This document shows, piece by piece, positions 26,666 through 38,180 of a stretch of DNA of 49,307 bases. The notes beneath the pieces are model-generated. The model was not told the origin of the DNA. It did no database searches and worked only from the letters and a program-made list of their open reading frames with translations. The translations under genes and the position numbers were made by a program. Within the stretch, counting starts at the first letter, position 1, and each line of letters starts with the position of its first letter. The stretch is from Octopus bimaculoides (taxonomy: Eukaryota), in contig NC_068985.1 of assembly GCF_001194135.2 (NCBI RefSeq), positions 13,239,537 through 13,288,843 of the forward strand, in the 5' to 3' direction.

Positions 26666-28164
26666 GAGAGAGGGTGGGGATAAACAGATATATGTATATA
26701 TATATACTTATATACATAAGTACATACATATATATACATGCATAACACACACATTTGCACACACAGTATTTCTAGGGATGAAAGCGAGTGACAGGGTTTT
26801 TTTAAATTCTCACGAACGGATAGCATTCATGTAATTCAAAATATAAGAACACAGGATATATCAATTTTTCTTTGATTTCTCCACGTCTACTGCATTATAG
26901 ATGTTGTTATTTATTTTTATTTTATAGTCGTCTGTCTTTCGTATATGACAGCTCTGTACCACATAACTGTTGTTTGATGTCTACACGTGTGATATGATAA
27001 ATTACTTAGTTTTTGTAAAGATTTGCTATTTCTGTATTAATAACTAACATTTTGTTTTGTCTTTTCTTTGCAGGTGACTTTGAATAAATATACACGTTCT
27101 GGGAACCCATCGTTATAACAACATGGAATCACCTGAACAACCAAATATAAATGCATTCAGTAAATCAATGACATTCGCAGAATTAGATTAGACTTAAAAG
27201 AAATACATCATCAGCAACATCAGCAGCAACAATAACAACTAAGCAACAATAAATAAAGAAAGACAATACAGATTGGTTCGTGATACCATAAGACCGTGAA
27301 AGAAAGAAAAAAAGTTTGAATGAGATGAAGAAATTATAAAGCGTTCGAAAAACACCATGTCACAACATTAAAAGCGATTATTTTATTTTCCAAGTTTCGA
27401 GATAATTCTCTTGATGAAACAATACACACTGTTAAATAAATTATCATTTAAGTTTATTGGGATTTCTCGTTTTTTTTTTTTTTTCTATTCCTGTCACTTT
27501 TTTTCTTTGTATAACTTATAACATAAAATTAAATTAGCTTCGGAAACAAAGTGAATTTTATTTCAGCAAATCAATCGAATAAAATCAAACAAAAATTTAA
27601 ACAAAAATTTGTTTAAAATCTCACTTTACATACTATCAAGATTATTTACTCTCTAATCTTTTGTTGAGGTGGTAATTTGTTTTTCTTTGTGTTGTATAGT
27701 ATAAGTCATTTTAGCAAATGTTTATTTCCTGCTTTTTATCTAATGTGCAAAAAGACATTTTCTTCACAACTTTGCCCTTCTCACATACAATTTGATTTCT
27801 ACCTTTAATATAGTTACTTCATCCATTTATATCTTCCATTCAACTAACATTTCAGCAGAAATTTTATTCAACATTCTTTATTGGTATTATGTGTTTGCAT
27901 TCTCTTTCTTTATGAATGATGAATTTTAAAAATTGTAGCATTATTCAACTCACACGGTACGGAATGGATATACTAGTTATTTGACGTACTTTCACACTAG
28001 GCAATCGGATTCTATTCACATTCTCTGCAAATTCTAAAGGACACAAAATATCTCTTCAAAACATTTTTGGTTAAGAAAACGTTAATTCATATAATATGGC
28101 GTACATGAAAACCTTAGGCGGGCAAGATTTCAAACTGATAAACTGTGTATAAAAATTATTAATA

Positions 28165-28300
28165 GCAGGAGTGGCTGTGTGGTAAGTAGCTTGCTTACCA
28201 ACCACTGCGTGGCATCTTGGGCAAATGTCTTCTACTATAGCCTCGGGCCGACCAAAGCCTTGTGAGTGGATTTGGTAGACGGAAACTGAAAGAAGCCCGT

Positions 28301-28379
<79 letters not shown>

Positions 28380-28608
28380 GTGTGTGTGTATTTGTGTGTC
28401 TGTATCCGTCCCCCTAGCATTGCTCGACAACCGATGCTGGTGTGTTTATGTCCCCGTCACTTAGCGGTTCGGCAAAAGAGACTGTTAGAATAAGTACTGG
28501 GCTTACAAATACTAAGTCCCGGGGTTGATTTGCTCGACTAAAGGCGGTGCTCCAGCATGGCCGCAGTCAAATGACTGAAACAAGTAAAAGAGTAAAAGAG
28601 TAAAAGAG
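28165..28608 (+). mobile_element. SINE family A with internal (TA)n(TG)n
   Basis: Head, body and tail match 18266-18659. Ends in (GTAAAAGA)n. Confidence 0.9.
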
Positions 28609-29326
28609 CACTCAAGACAGACAGGTTAATAATTCTAAATCAAATATAGAATTGTATAGGCTACATGCTAGTTATTGTTTGAGGACGTGTCAGAAGGACT
28701 GTGGTGATTTTTGGTAAAGCATAATTGAATAGTAACAATCCATCGGCATTTTAAAATTTCATTAGGTAAAGAAAGTTAAACATAATTACAGTTATGGCTA
28801 AATGAATGAATATTCCGCTATCCTCAAGCTTGATGAAAAATACCAAATAAATCATTTTTTTTCTAATGTTTTCTCAAGATGAGAAACATCACAAAGTGAA
28901 TTCGTTTATTTTGCACTTGATTTTAACATTCCCTCAATGTTACGAGTACTGTTGTATTTTTTCATTACCCTTTTTTTTTCTACTTGATTAAAAAGTCATT
29001 AAACTATTCACTAAAACGCAACTCGTTTCGTCTCTAGAGGATAGAAATCGAAATGTCTGACATGTCAAAAAGATGTTGGCCACTGCGAAATAGTCTTTTG
29101 ACATGATGTAGAATATCACTCTCGCTATTGTTTCTGGAGAAAACTGCACTGTAGGGCATCCGACGAATTATCGTGTGATCAATGCTATGATCTTTCAGAA
29201 TATGACCACATTTTTCGTAACTATGGGGTACCTAGCATAAGGAGTATGTTCACCTTCTCACAATGGATAAAATTATAAAGAATAATAGAAGTGTGTATGA
29301 AATTTAGCCATACAAAATATATAAGC

Positions 29327-29687
29327 GCAGGAGTGACTTTGTGGTAAGTAGCTTGCTTACCAACCACACGGTTCCGGGTTCATTCCCGCTGCGTTGCATC
29401 TTGGGCAAGAGTGGTTTTGGTAGACGGAAACTGAAAGAAGCCTGTCGTATATATGTATATGTATATGTTTGTGTGTGTGTGTATATGTTTGTGTATCTGT
29501 GCTTGTTCCCCCAACATCGCTTGACAACTGATGGTGGTGTGTTTACGTCCCCGTAACCTAGCGGTTTGGCAAAAGAGACCGATAGAATAAGTACTAGACT
29601 TACAAAGAATAAGTCCTGGGGTCGATTTGCTTGACTATATGCGGTGCTCCAGCATGGCCACAGTCAAATGACTGAAACAAGTGAAAA
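29327..29687 (+). mobile_element. SINE family A with an internal deletion
   Basis: Same head and tail as the other family A copies. Confidence 0.9.
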
Positions 29688-29787
29688 ACAAACATATTTC
29701 ACTTTATTCATCTAAGATGAATAAAACGAAAATTTGCTATCGAGACGCTATGGCTTTGCAATAAACCCGATTGTTGAACGTTCTTAA

Positions 29788-29831
<44 letters not shown>

Positions 29832-29946
29832 TATCCATAATTATAACAAGGGCTTGGTTGCGCCATATCAATCACTGAAAANNNNNNNNNNTGGCTTTGC
29901 AATAAACCCGATTGTTGAACGTTCTTAACTCTCTCATATATATATA

Positions 29947-30548
29947 TGGTGCGGTGAATCAACTGTCGTCTTAATTATGCAAAAGTGAAAGTAATACTGA
30001 TATCTCATTTCAACAGATATATTTAACCAAAATTACATAAAAAAAAATATCTTGGAATACTAAAGAATAAATCTATTCAATAAGATCGTCATTGGCTCCA
30101 ACCACAGCCACCAGACATCTTCGGTATCTCCTGAAACTCTTCTGGGTGGTCTCTTTGTTTAAGTTAGTGAATACTACCTTAAGTTGGTGAATCCTTGTCT
30201 TCAGTTTAACTTTGGCGTTACAAAGAGTTTTGTTGGTCTCTCGCTCAACTGAGCTTCACACATAATAATCAAAGGAGCTACAGTATAGGGAGTTAGGTTG
30301 CGAGATGTTAGAGGTGGTGTGGTGGCAGAAATTGTCTGACAGTCATGGCTTGGTTCTCCTGCTTGCGTGGCATATTCCCAGACACAGGATCTTCTAGCAG
30401 CCATCCTTTTGTCCCAGGGCAGCACTACCTCCTCCAGGCACTTGATGTAGGCTTCCGTGTTGAGTCTGAGGCCGTGTTGGAAGACGTATTGAAGCATAGC
30501 TTCGCCATCACTAATGATCACTCCAAGCACCATAATGTTGACTGGATG
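29947..30548 (-). mobile_element. Decayed Tc1/mariner-superfamily transposon 3' part (probably DD37D/maT-like) with terminal repeat
   Basis: Translates as HPVNIMVLGVIISDGEAMLQYVFQHGLRLNTEAYIKCLEEVVLPW...HTSRRTQS*LSDNFC...FDYYV*SSVERETNK. Terminus TA|TGGTGCGGTGAATCAACTGTCGTC lies in a (TA)n tract. Confidence 0.8.
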
Positions 30549-30964
30549 ACATTAGTTTAGATACATATTTCTAACATAAGCGGCTCGAGACCATACATAA
30601 TGTAGCCATGTTAATTTTTATTTAGCATGGGCTGCAATATCACACTCGAGTTTGACAATAGTTGAACCTTTCACATTTAATTAAACAATGGTATTATGCT
30701 GCGATAGTGATTCGATGTGAGCAAATTACCTCTCAATTGGTAGATATGGAGGCTATTATTTTTATTATCGCTTCATAGTTTAGATTAGATTTTGCAGAAC
30801 AAAACATTGATTGTAATTACAAGAGACTATATAGTCCACTTAATTGATCTTAGTGTTTTACTGATGATTATATATCGAATAGTGATGAAAAATTGGGTAA
30901 ACTGAACATGCAAAACCTGGAGTAAGTAAGTTCCGGTACAACATTTAATGTAAATTATAAATAT

Positions 30965-31150
30965 TGGTTTCGCATTTTGACACAAGGCTAGAATTTCAGA
31001 GAAGGTGGTAAGCCGATTACATCGAACCAAGTACTGAACTGGTACTTAATTTATCAACCCCGAAAGAATGACAAGTGAAATGGAACTCCGTGTCGAACTG
31101 AGGAAGTAAAGAGGGACAAAATGTCACCAGGCATTTCTGCCACCGGCGTG
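30965..31150 (-). mobile_element. SINE family B, diverged
   Basis: GACACAAGGCTAGAATTTCAG...ACTGGTACTTAATTTATCAACCCCGAAAGAATG. Confidence 0.7.
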
Positions 31151-31354
31151 ACATGGATTTTTCCAACTCACAGCATTAATGTACATTATGAAGATTTTAG
31201 AAAACACATTAAATGATGAAATATTTCCTTCTCATATCCGGTATATACTGATCTAGTTGACTCATAATGAGAAGCCTCTCAGCCGTTATGATGTATTTTA
31301 TTTTCAGCACCCAGGACAACATCTCGCAACGCTTTCATCTTAAAAATTAAAAGA

Positions 31355-31507
31355 CATGGCTGTATGGTAAGAAGCTTGCTTTCCAATCACATGCTTCCAA
31401 GATCAATCCCACTGCGTGACACCTGGAGCAAGTGTGTTCTACTATAGCCTCTGTCCAACCAAAAGACTTGTGAGTGGACTTGAGAGACGGATACTGGATG
31501 AAGCCCA

Positions 31508-31538
<31 letters not shown>

Positions 31539-32620
31539 NNNNNNNNNNNNNNNNNNNNNNNNNNNNNNNNNNNNNNNNNNNNNNNNNNNNNNNNNNNNNN
31601 NNNNNNNNNNNNNNNNNNNNNNNNNNNNNNNNNNNNNNNNNNNNNNNNNNNNNNNNNNNNNNNNNNNNNNNNNNNNNNNNNNNNNNNNNNNNNNNNNNNN
31701 NNNNNNNNNNNNNNNNNNNNNNNNNNNNNNNNNNNNNNNNNNNNNNNNNNNNNNNNNNNNNNNNNNNNNNNNNNNNNNNNNNNNNNNNNNNNNNNNNNNN
31801 NNNNNNNNNNNNNNNNNNNNNNNNNNNNNNNNNNNNNNNNNNNNNNNNNNNNNNNNNNNNNNNNNNNNNNNNNNNNNNNNNNNNNNNNNNNNNNNNNNNN
31901 NNNNNNNNNNNNNNNNNNNNNNNNNNNNNNNNNNNNNNNNNNNNNNNNNNNNNNNNNNNNNNNNNNNNNNNNNNNNNNNNNNNNNNNNNNNNNNNNNNNN
32001 NNNNNNNNNNNNNNNNNNNNNNNNNNNNNNNNNNNNNNNNNNNNNNNNNNNNNNNNNNNNNNNNNNNNNNNNNNNNNNNNNNNNNNNNNNNNNNNNNNNN
32101 NNNNNNNNNNNNNNNNNNNNNNNNNNNNNNNNNNNNNNNNNNNNNNNNNNNNNNNNNNNNNNNNNNNNNNNNNNNNNNNNNNNNNNNNNNNNNNNNNNNN
32201 NNNNNNNNNNNNNNNNNNNNNNNNNNNNNNNNNNNNNNNNNNNNNNNNNNNNNNNNNNNNNNNNNNNNNNNNNNNNNNNNNNNNNNNNNNNNNNNNNNNN
32301 NNNNNNNNNNNNNNNNNNNNNNNNNNNNNNNNNNNNNNNNNNNNNNNNNNNNNNNNNNNNNNNNNNNNNNNNNNNNNNNNNNNNNNNNNNNNNNNNNNGA
32401 GGGGGAGAGGGGAAAGGGGGAGAGGGGAGATGTATCTTTGAGTCTTTGTCTATCACCCACTACCGCATCACAAAAGTTCGCGTATTTACGTCCACATAAA
32501 CTTGAGGTTCGGCAAAAAGAGACCGATATAATAAATACCAGGCTTTAAAACAAATACATAATAGGGCCTATTTTCAAGGTGGTGCCCTAGCAAGGCTCCA
32601 GTTTAATAGCCAGTAGCATT
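31355..32620 (+). mobile_element. SINE family A split by an 860-N gap at its internal microsatellite
   Basis: Head and body at 31355-31508, then (TA)n and the gap; 3' body and tail at 32430-32620. Confidence 0.75.
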
Positions 32621-33069
32621 AATTAGTGCCGATTCTGAATTCCAAGCTCAATGTCTCCTAATTTGTTGACTGAATTTCAGTTTAACATGACAATGTAGAG
32701 TTGATAAAACTATGCAAAGTCGTGTTATTCCGGCACTCAGGCAACAATTTTCCTGATTACATTATTACATCGAATACAGACAAGACATTTATTTGACATT
32801 TCATCCAATTTAGCCAATACCCTGATGTTAATCAGGAATATAATGTAAAATAAACGGAAATGCGATACGTCATACTAAACGATATTCAGTATTTTAACAG
32901 ACCGCTTTTTTTTTTCCTTTATACGTATCTGTTCACGTACATTCTCTGTTCCATCTTGTAGTTTTCGTTTCATATTAAACATTAAGCAATCAGCTTAATC
33001 AGAATCTACCCAAATGAATGTTGCAAAATGAAATAGTGTCCTGATGTTCTAATCTCCTACCAATATAGA

Positions 33070-33585
33070 CGCAGACGTGGCTATGTGATCAGAAGTTTGC
33101 TTTCCAGCCACATGGTTCCGAGTTCAATCCCTCTGCATCTCACATTGGGCAAGTGTCTTCGGGGCGACCACAGCATTGTGTGTGGATCAGTAGACGGAAA
33201 CTAAAAGGCAGCGAGCTGGCAGAGGGGTTAGCACGCCGAGCGAAATGCTTAGCGGTATTTCGTCTGCCGCTACGTTCTGAGTTCAAATTCTGCCGAGGTC
33301 GACTTTTGTCCCCTTTATGTGTAGTCCTTTGTGGGCAGTAAAGAAATAGGAAACTAAAAGAAGCCTATCCTATATGTGTATGCATGTATGCTTTGATGTG
33401 TGTGTGTGTGTGTGTGTTTGTGTCTGTGTTCGACACCCAACTCCGCTTGAAACCGGTGTTGGTGTGTTTACGTCCCCATTACTTAGTAGTTCAGTAAAAT
33501 AATCCGATAGAATAATAGAATAAATAGGGTGGTGCCCCAGCATGGTCGCAGTCTAATGTCTGAATCAAGTAAAAGATAGAAGATA
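33070..33585 (+). mobile_element. SINE family A containing a nested family B SINE (33208-33348)
   Basis: 12-bp TSD GGAAACTAAAAG at 33196-33207 and 33349-33360 flanks the inner SINE. Confidence 0.9.
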
Positions 33586-34569
33586 CTTCATTTTACACCT
33601 CTCCTTAAAACCAAGGCAACCCTCACCTACAGCAGTTTCTTACTGGTTGCTAAGTCCTTCCTATCCTTTCGGCTACGAACTGCACTTCGTGATCTTATGA
33701 GCTTTCTTTATCGACAAGTTATCATGAAACCCTATGAACTCTGAGTTCCAGTTAGTTGGGGTTAAACTTTGCCTTATATATCTCATAATATCTCATTTCA
33801 TATTTACTTGTTTCAATCAAAAGACTGTGGCCACGATGTGTCCTGCCTTCAGGGGATAAATCAAACGCATCAACTTCATATTTAGTTTAAAGCATTGTAT
33901 TTATTCTGAGTACTTTAGTCGAACTGCTAACTGAAGGAGATCTAAACAAACCAGTACTGATAGTCAAAACGGTGGGCTGGGACACAAACAGAAAGACACA
34001 CATAGATGCCTGCACTCACACGCGCACACACAGACATATAGGCAGAGAGAGAGAGAGAGGGAGAGATAGATTGTGGGTGACAGGCTTCCACAGATTCTGT
34101 GTAGCAAATTGGCTTACAAGGCAATGGCATCCTAAGGCAAGAGTAGAATAGATTTGTCTAGCTCGATTTGCAACCACAAATCGAGCTTCTTAACCACACA
34201 GCTATCGCTGTGCCTGTTGAGATGAAATAATTTAGATTCTGAATTACGTTGATTCTACTGCAGAATCATGTAAATTTAAAAGGTCTTTAAATTATATACC
34301 ACCGTCCCGATATATTACGAGGATGGAGAATGGCTTTCCTCTGTCAATTGTAAATTAGGAGTTAATGGTGAGAAATGATTAAATTCATTATTAGATATTC
34401 TCATATGACAATAGCATAATTTTACGCACTTCATGAGATGTGTTCCTTATTAGATTATTTATAATGGTTTGATCTGAAGGAAGGATTACCGACAAGTATA
34501 TGTCTTCCACCCTGTGAGATCGATGCGGTCTCTGTTGTACCGAAGAAAATCGTTTCCACTGAAGAGAGA

Positions 34570-34588
34570 GGTGTCGAACACAGAGACA

Positions 34589-34634
<46 letters not shown>

Positions 34635-34918
34635 AACAAACACACACACACACACACACACGCACAAACATACATGATACACATGTAGGACAGGCTTCTT
34701 TTAGTTTCCGTCTACAGATCCGCATATAATACTGTGGTCGCCACGAATCTATGGTAGAAGACACTTGCCCAATGTGAGATGCAGGGGGATTGAACTCGGA
34801 ACCATGTGGTTGGAAGGCAAACTTCTGATCACATAGCCACGGCTGCGTCTATATTGGTAGGAGATTAGAACATCAGGACACTATTTCATTTTGCAATATT
34901 CGTTTGGGTAGATTCTGT
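34570..34918 (-). repeat. Inverted duplicate of ~33003-33440 (unique flank plus SINE A 5' part), lacking the nested SINE
   Basis: AGAATCTACCCAAA...GTGTCCTGATGTTCTAATCTCCTACCAATATAGACGCAG recurs as a reverse complement at ~34845-34918. Confidence 0.85.
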
Positions 34919-35591
34919 ATTTCTATTTTTTAATATATCATATGTATCTTAAAAAATATGTGGCTTTCTCCTTCACAGATAAAAAGTCGATATGTGATGT
35001 GAAACAGACGTTGCAGATATGTTTCGTAAATCGAACAATTACATTGAGGCTTTATTATTTGTTTTTATTCACATAAAATAAAATGCGGAATACAGAGGCG
35101 GTGGTGAAGTTTTGCGCAGGTAACAATAAAACAAAAAAGTGAATTCATTCGTTGAGTGAAGAATCTAATACCGAAGGACTTTGCTGGTGAACATATAAAA
35201 AGGGCTCTGAGTATAAGATTAATTACTAATCTGGCTAAACGAAGTAAAATACTTCGTCTAAATGGCTTAGTTTAATTTTAGTTCTTTTAGCCAAAGACTG
35301 TAACGATGCTGGAGCGCTAATTAGAAAAACTGAATAGCAGGTTGAAATAGTAAGAAGAAAAGTTTGAGCCAGTCGTAGGAGTGGGTTGTGATGATTTCAC
35401 TCAATTGAAAAATATAAAATGAAATATAGTCATGTTTTATATAACATTCTAATGTTTCCACAATTTGATTTGGAAAAGAATGTGAGAATGGTAGAGACAT
35501 CAGAATACCGAACACTATTGAATCTCTTACAAACTATAGCTCCATACATTACATTCTTTAACTTATTAGAGTAAAAATAATTCACATTTTA

Positions 35592-36007
35592 GGAATATCA
35601 ATATTTCTAAGTCTCTCTAAAGGAGACTACGGCAACGGTACTGGATATTAATAGTAATCGCCAAGCCAACATGGCAGTCGAAAAAATAGGACGAATGCTG
35701 CCGTTGATTAGCTCCAAGAGGCCATCGCCTCTAGCTAGCTATGTGACACACGAACCTGTGTCCATTATAACCTTCGAACAGGGGAGGTCAGCCGCTTCCC
35801 CTTGCTGGTCTGGCATCTACAGACTAGTTTCGGAGTATTGCCCCTTATCAATGTAGAGTAGCCGAACCCAGCAGGCGTCGCTACTGACCGTCTGTACGAA
35901 GAATTATTTACCTACATTCAGTGGAATACATCCACTGGTTTTCAAAAATAGGAATATTAGTATTTCTAAGTCTCGCCATGTTGGCTTGGCGATAACTATT
36001 AATATCC
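35592..36007 (-). mobile_element. Candidate HHR retrozyme / PLE-mobilised element: 359-nt unit, 26-nt terminal redundancy, 34-nt inverted end
   Basis: 13-bp TSD AATTCACATTTTA (35579-91 and 36008-20). 26-bp direct repeat at 35590-615 and 35949-974 (2 mismatches). 34-bp inverted repeat at 35642-675 and 35975-36008 (1 mismatch). Internal HHR. Confidence 0.75.
35803..35874 (-). ncRNA. Type I hammerhead ribozyme, U3-A8 core variant, predicted cleavage GUC between 35822 and 35821
   Basis: Minus strand reads TCTACA-TTGATAA-GGGG(CAATA)CTCC-GAAA-CTAG-TC/TGTAGA: 6-bp stem I extended past an internal loop, 4-bp stem II, palindromic ACTAGT stem III. Confidence 0.8.
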
Positions 36008-36119
36008 AATTCACATTTTATTCTTTCAGAATGCTTAAAGAGAAATGCACTAACAATGAGCTTCATGTTTATAAAGTTAACTGCGATAGGATCACTATGA
36101 AATATACGTAATACATATA

Positions 36120-36370
36120 TTGGGTTGGTGCATAATTATTGCGGCTTTTTTCAACAAATTTTATTCAACAAAAACAATAACAATATTTAACAAAAACATC
36201 TTTAGATGACGGTCTGACCGTCTGCCAAGCAAATGGGAAGCAGTAATTGAAGTAGATGGTGAATATGCTCCGGAATAATCATTTAAGGATGTTTTTGTTA
36301 CGTGTTGTTATTGATTTTGTTGAATAAAAATTTGTTGAAAAAAGGCCGCAATAATTATGCACCAGCCCAA
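36120..36370. mobile_element. Mariner-derived MITE, 251 bp, with Hsmar1/MADE1-like TIRs
   Basis: TIR TTGGGTTGGTGCATAATTATTGCGG with ~70-bp imperfect arms and TA TSD. The core encodes a transposase C-terminal remnant, DGLTVCQA/LPSKWEAVIEVDGEYAPE*. Confidence 0.9.
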
Positions 36371-36639
36371 TACATACATGAAACATAAGGTTACGTATTC
36401 GTTATAAATGCGTGGCCTGCCCGATACTTTTCTTTTACGTGGACTCAGGTCCACACTCGGGTTTCAATTATAACTGTCAAGGCACAAAGTTTACAAGCCA
36501 GTGGAATTGACGGCACTTGAAATTGATTATATCCATGACTTCTTACGATGTGTCACTAATTCTGCGTAGAATTATATTAGCTCACCAAACTTTTGACAAA
36601 TATTGAAAATATTCACATATTAATATATCATTTAACTTA

Positions 36640-36733
36640 GCCTATACATAGATACCTATACATAGATGCCTATACATAGATGCCTATACATAGATGCCTA
36701 TACATAGATGCCTATACATAGATGCCTATACAT
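36640..36733. repeat. 14-bp minisatellite (GCCTATACATAGAT)x~6.7
   Basis: Direct reading. Lies at the truncated 3' end of the CR1 fragment. Confidence 0.9.
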
Positions 36734-36754
36734 GCATGAATACATATCGACATG

Positions 36755-38180
36755 CATGTAAATACTCTGGAATTTTTCAGCATTAAACTGCATATTAGTT
36801 TCTTAAGCCCATCTGTAAATTGAGTTCAATTCCTGCTGCAGGTGTGCAACATCGCTGGGGTTCTTTATTTTCTGCGAGACTTTCGTATCGTCTGCGTTGA
36901 GGGAATATCTGAGAGGGCCACTATGAAAAGCAGTGGTCTTAAGACAGTGTCTTGTGGAACACCGCTCACTATTTCTGTTTTCAGAAAGTCATGTAACCAT
37001 TCTCCAAGTTTTCCAGCTATGCTGAAATCACGTAATTTCTGGCATATCATACCATGATCCACTTTATCAAAAGCTTTTGCAAAATCAAGTTATATTACGT
37101 CCACGTTTGAGTTGTTGAGTAACTGCCTCAACACCCAGTCATAGTTCTGTAAGAGCTGGATCAGGCAGCTCCTACCTGGTCGAAAGCCATGCTGGGTATC
37201 ACTCAGCAAGTTATTTTCTTCAAGGAATGCGATTGGTTTCCCTCTGACTATCTGTTCCATGACTTTGCTTATGTGTGAAGTCAGAGAGATAGGCCTATAG
37301 TTTTGTGGCATCTGCTCTGCTTCTCCCTTTATGGATTGGGCATATTATTCCCTCCTTCAGCTTGCTTGGCATCCTACCATTTGCAAGAAGGCTCTGGAAG
37401 AAAATCTGTAGAGTTTTTGCCAGGGCACGCTTACACGATTTGAGGAGGATTTCTGGGAAACCATCAGGACCAGCAGTTGAGTCTCCATCCACCTCATATA
37501 TGGCTAGTAGTATATCGCCTTTGCTAATGTCGTTGCATTCCATTGTAAGTGCCTCCCTAGTTATTGGTGAGGCAGCAAAGAAATCCACTGGTTCGTTCAC
37601 TTGTCTGTGTTCCAACGACGTGGTAAAGATACTTTTGAACTGGTCACTCAGTACGTCACTGATCCTGGTTGGACTATCTGTGAAGGAGCCGTCCTTTTGG
37701 AAGAGGTTTCCTATCATGCAGCCTACTGAGGCTGTTTATTTCGTATAATGAAAGAAGGCCTTTGGTTTTGCCTTGATGCTTTTTTATAACCCAAGCTTCT
37801 TTGTCTGCTCTCTCCCACACATAGGATTGAGGCAGGCTTTTTTTCAATCTCCATCAGAGTTGTTTTTAGGCGGGACCTTCCGCTACTTTTCGAATGTTGG
37901 TTGAGGTGATTTGCAGCCTTCGTCCGTGGTCTCATGAGGATCTTCCTCTCTCTTAGAATCTTGTTCATTTTTGTGTTGGCCTTGTGCTCTGGGACATAGT
38001 TCTGGCATATGGTTTGCATAACAGGCGTGAAATATTCTAGTTCCATGCCAATGTCTTGTGTGGAGAGACGTTTCGGCCAGTCTTATCTGAGGATCTCTTT
38101 TTGGATCGATTTCCAGTCTGCTTTGTGGAAGTTCAGATTGCAGAGATCTTGGGTGTTTCCTTTCGGCTGTATGTCTCTGG
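36755..38180 (-). mobile_element. Decayed CR1/Jockey-group LINE ORF2 (reverse transcriptase), internal fragment
   Basis: Translates as NLNFHKADWKSI...AGPDGFPEILLK...NYRPISLTSHISKVME...QHGFRPGRSC...LDFAKAFDKVDH...SGVPQDTVLRPLLF...ADDTKV...MQFNAEKFQ, with stops, frameshifts and deletions. Confidence 0.92.

Noticed and set aside
29752-29946. Duplicated ~55-bp block around a 10-N gap, with a faint HHR-like trace upstream
   Set aside because: Likely contig-overlap artefact; the core motif is not convincingly present or is hidden by the gap.
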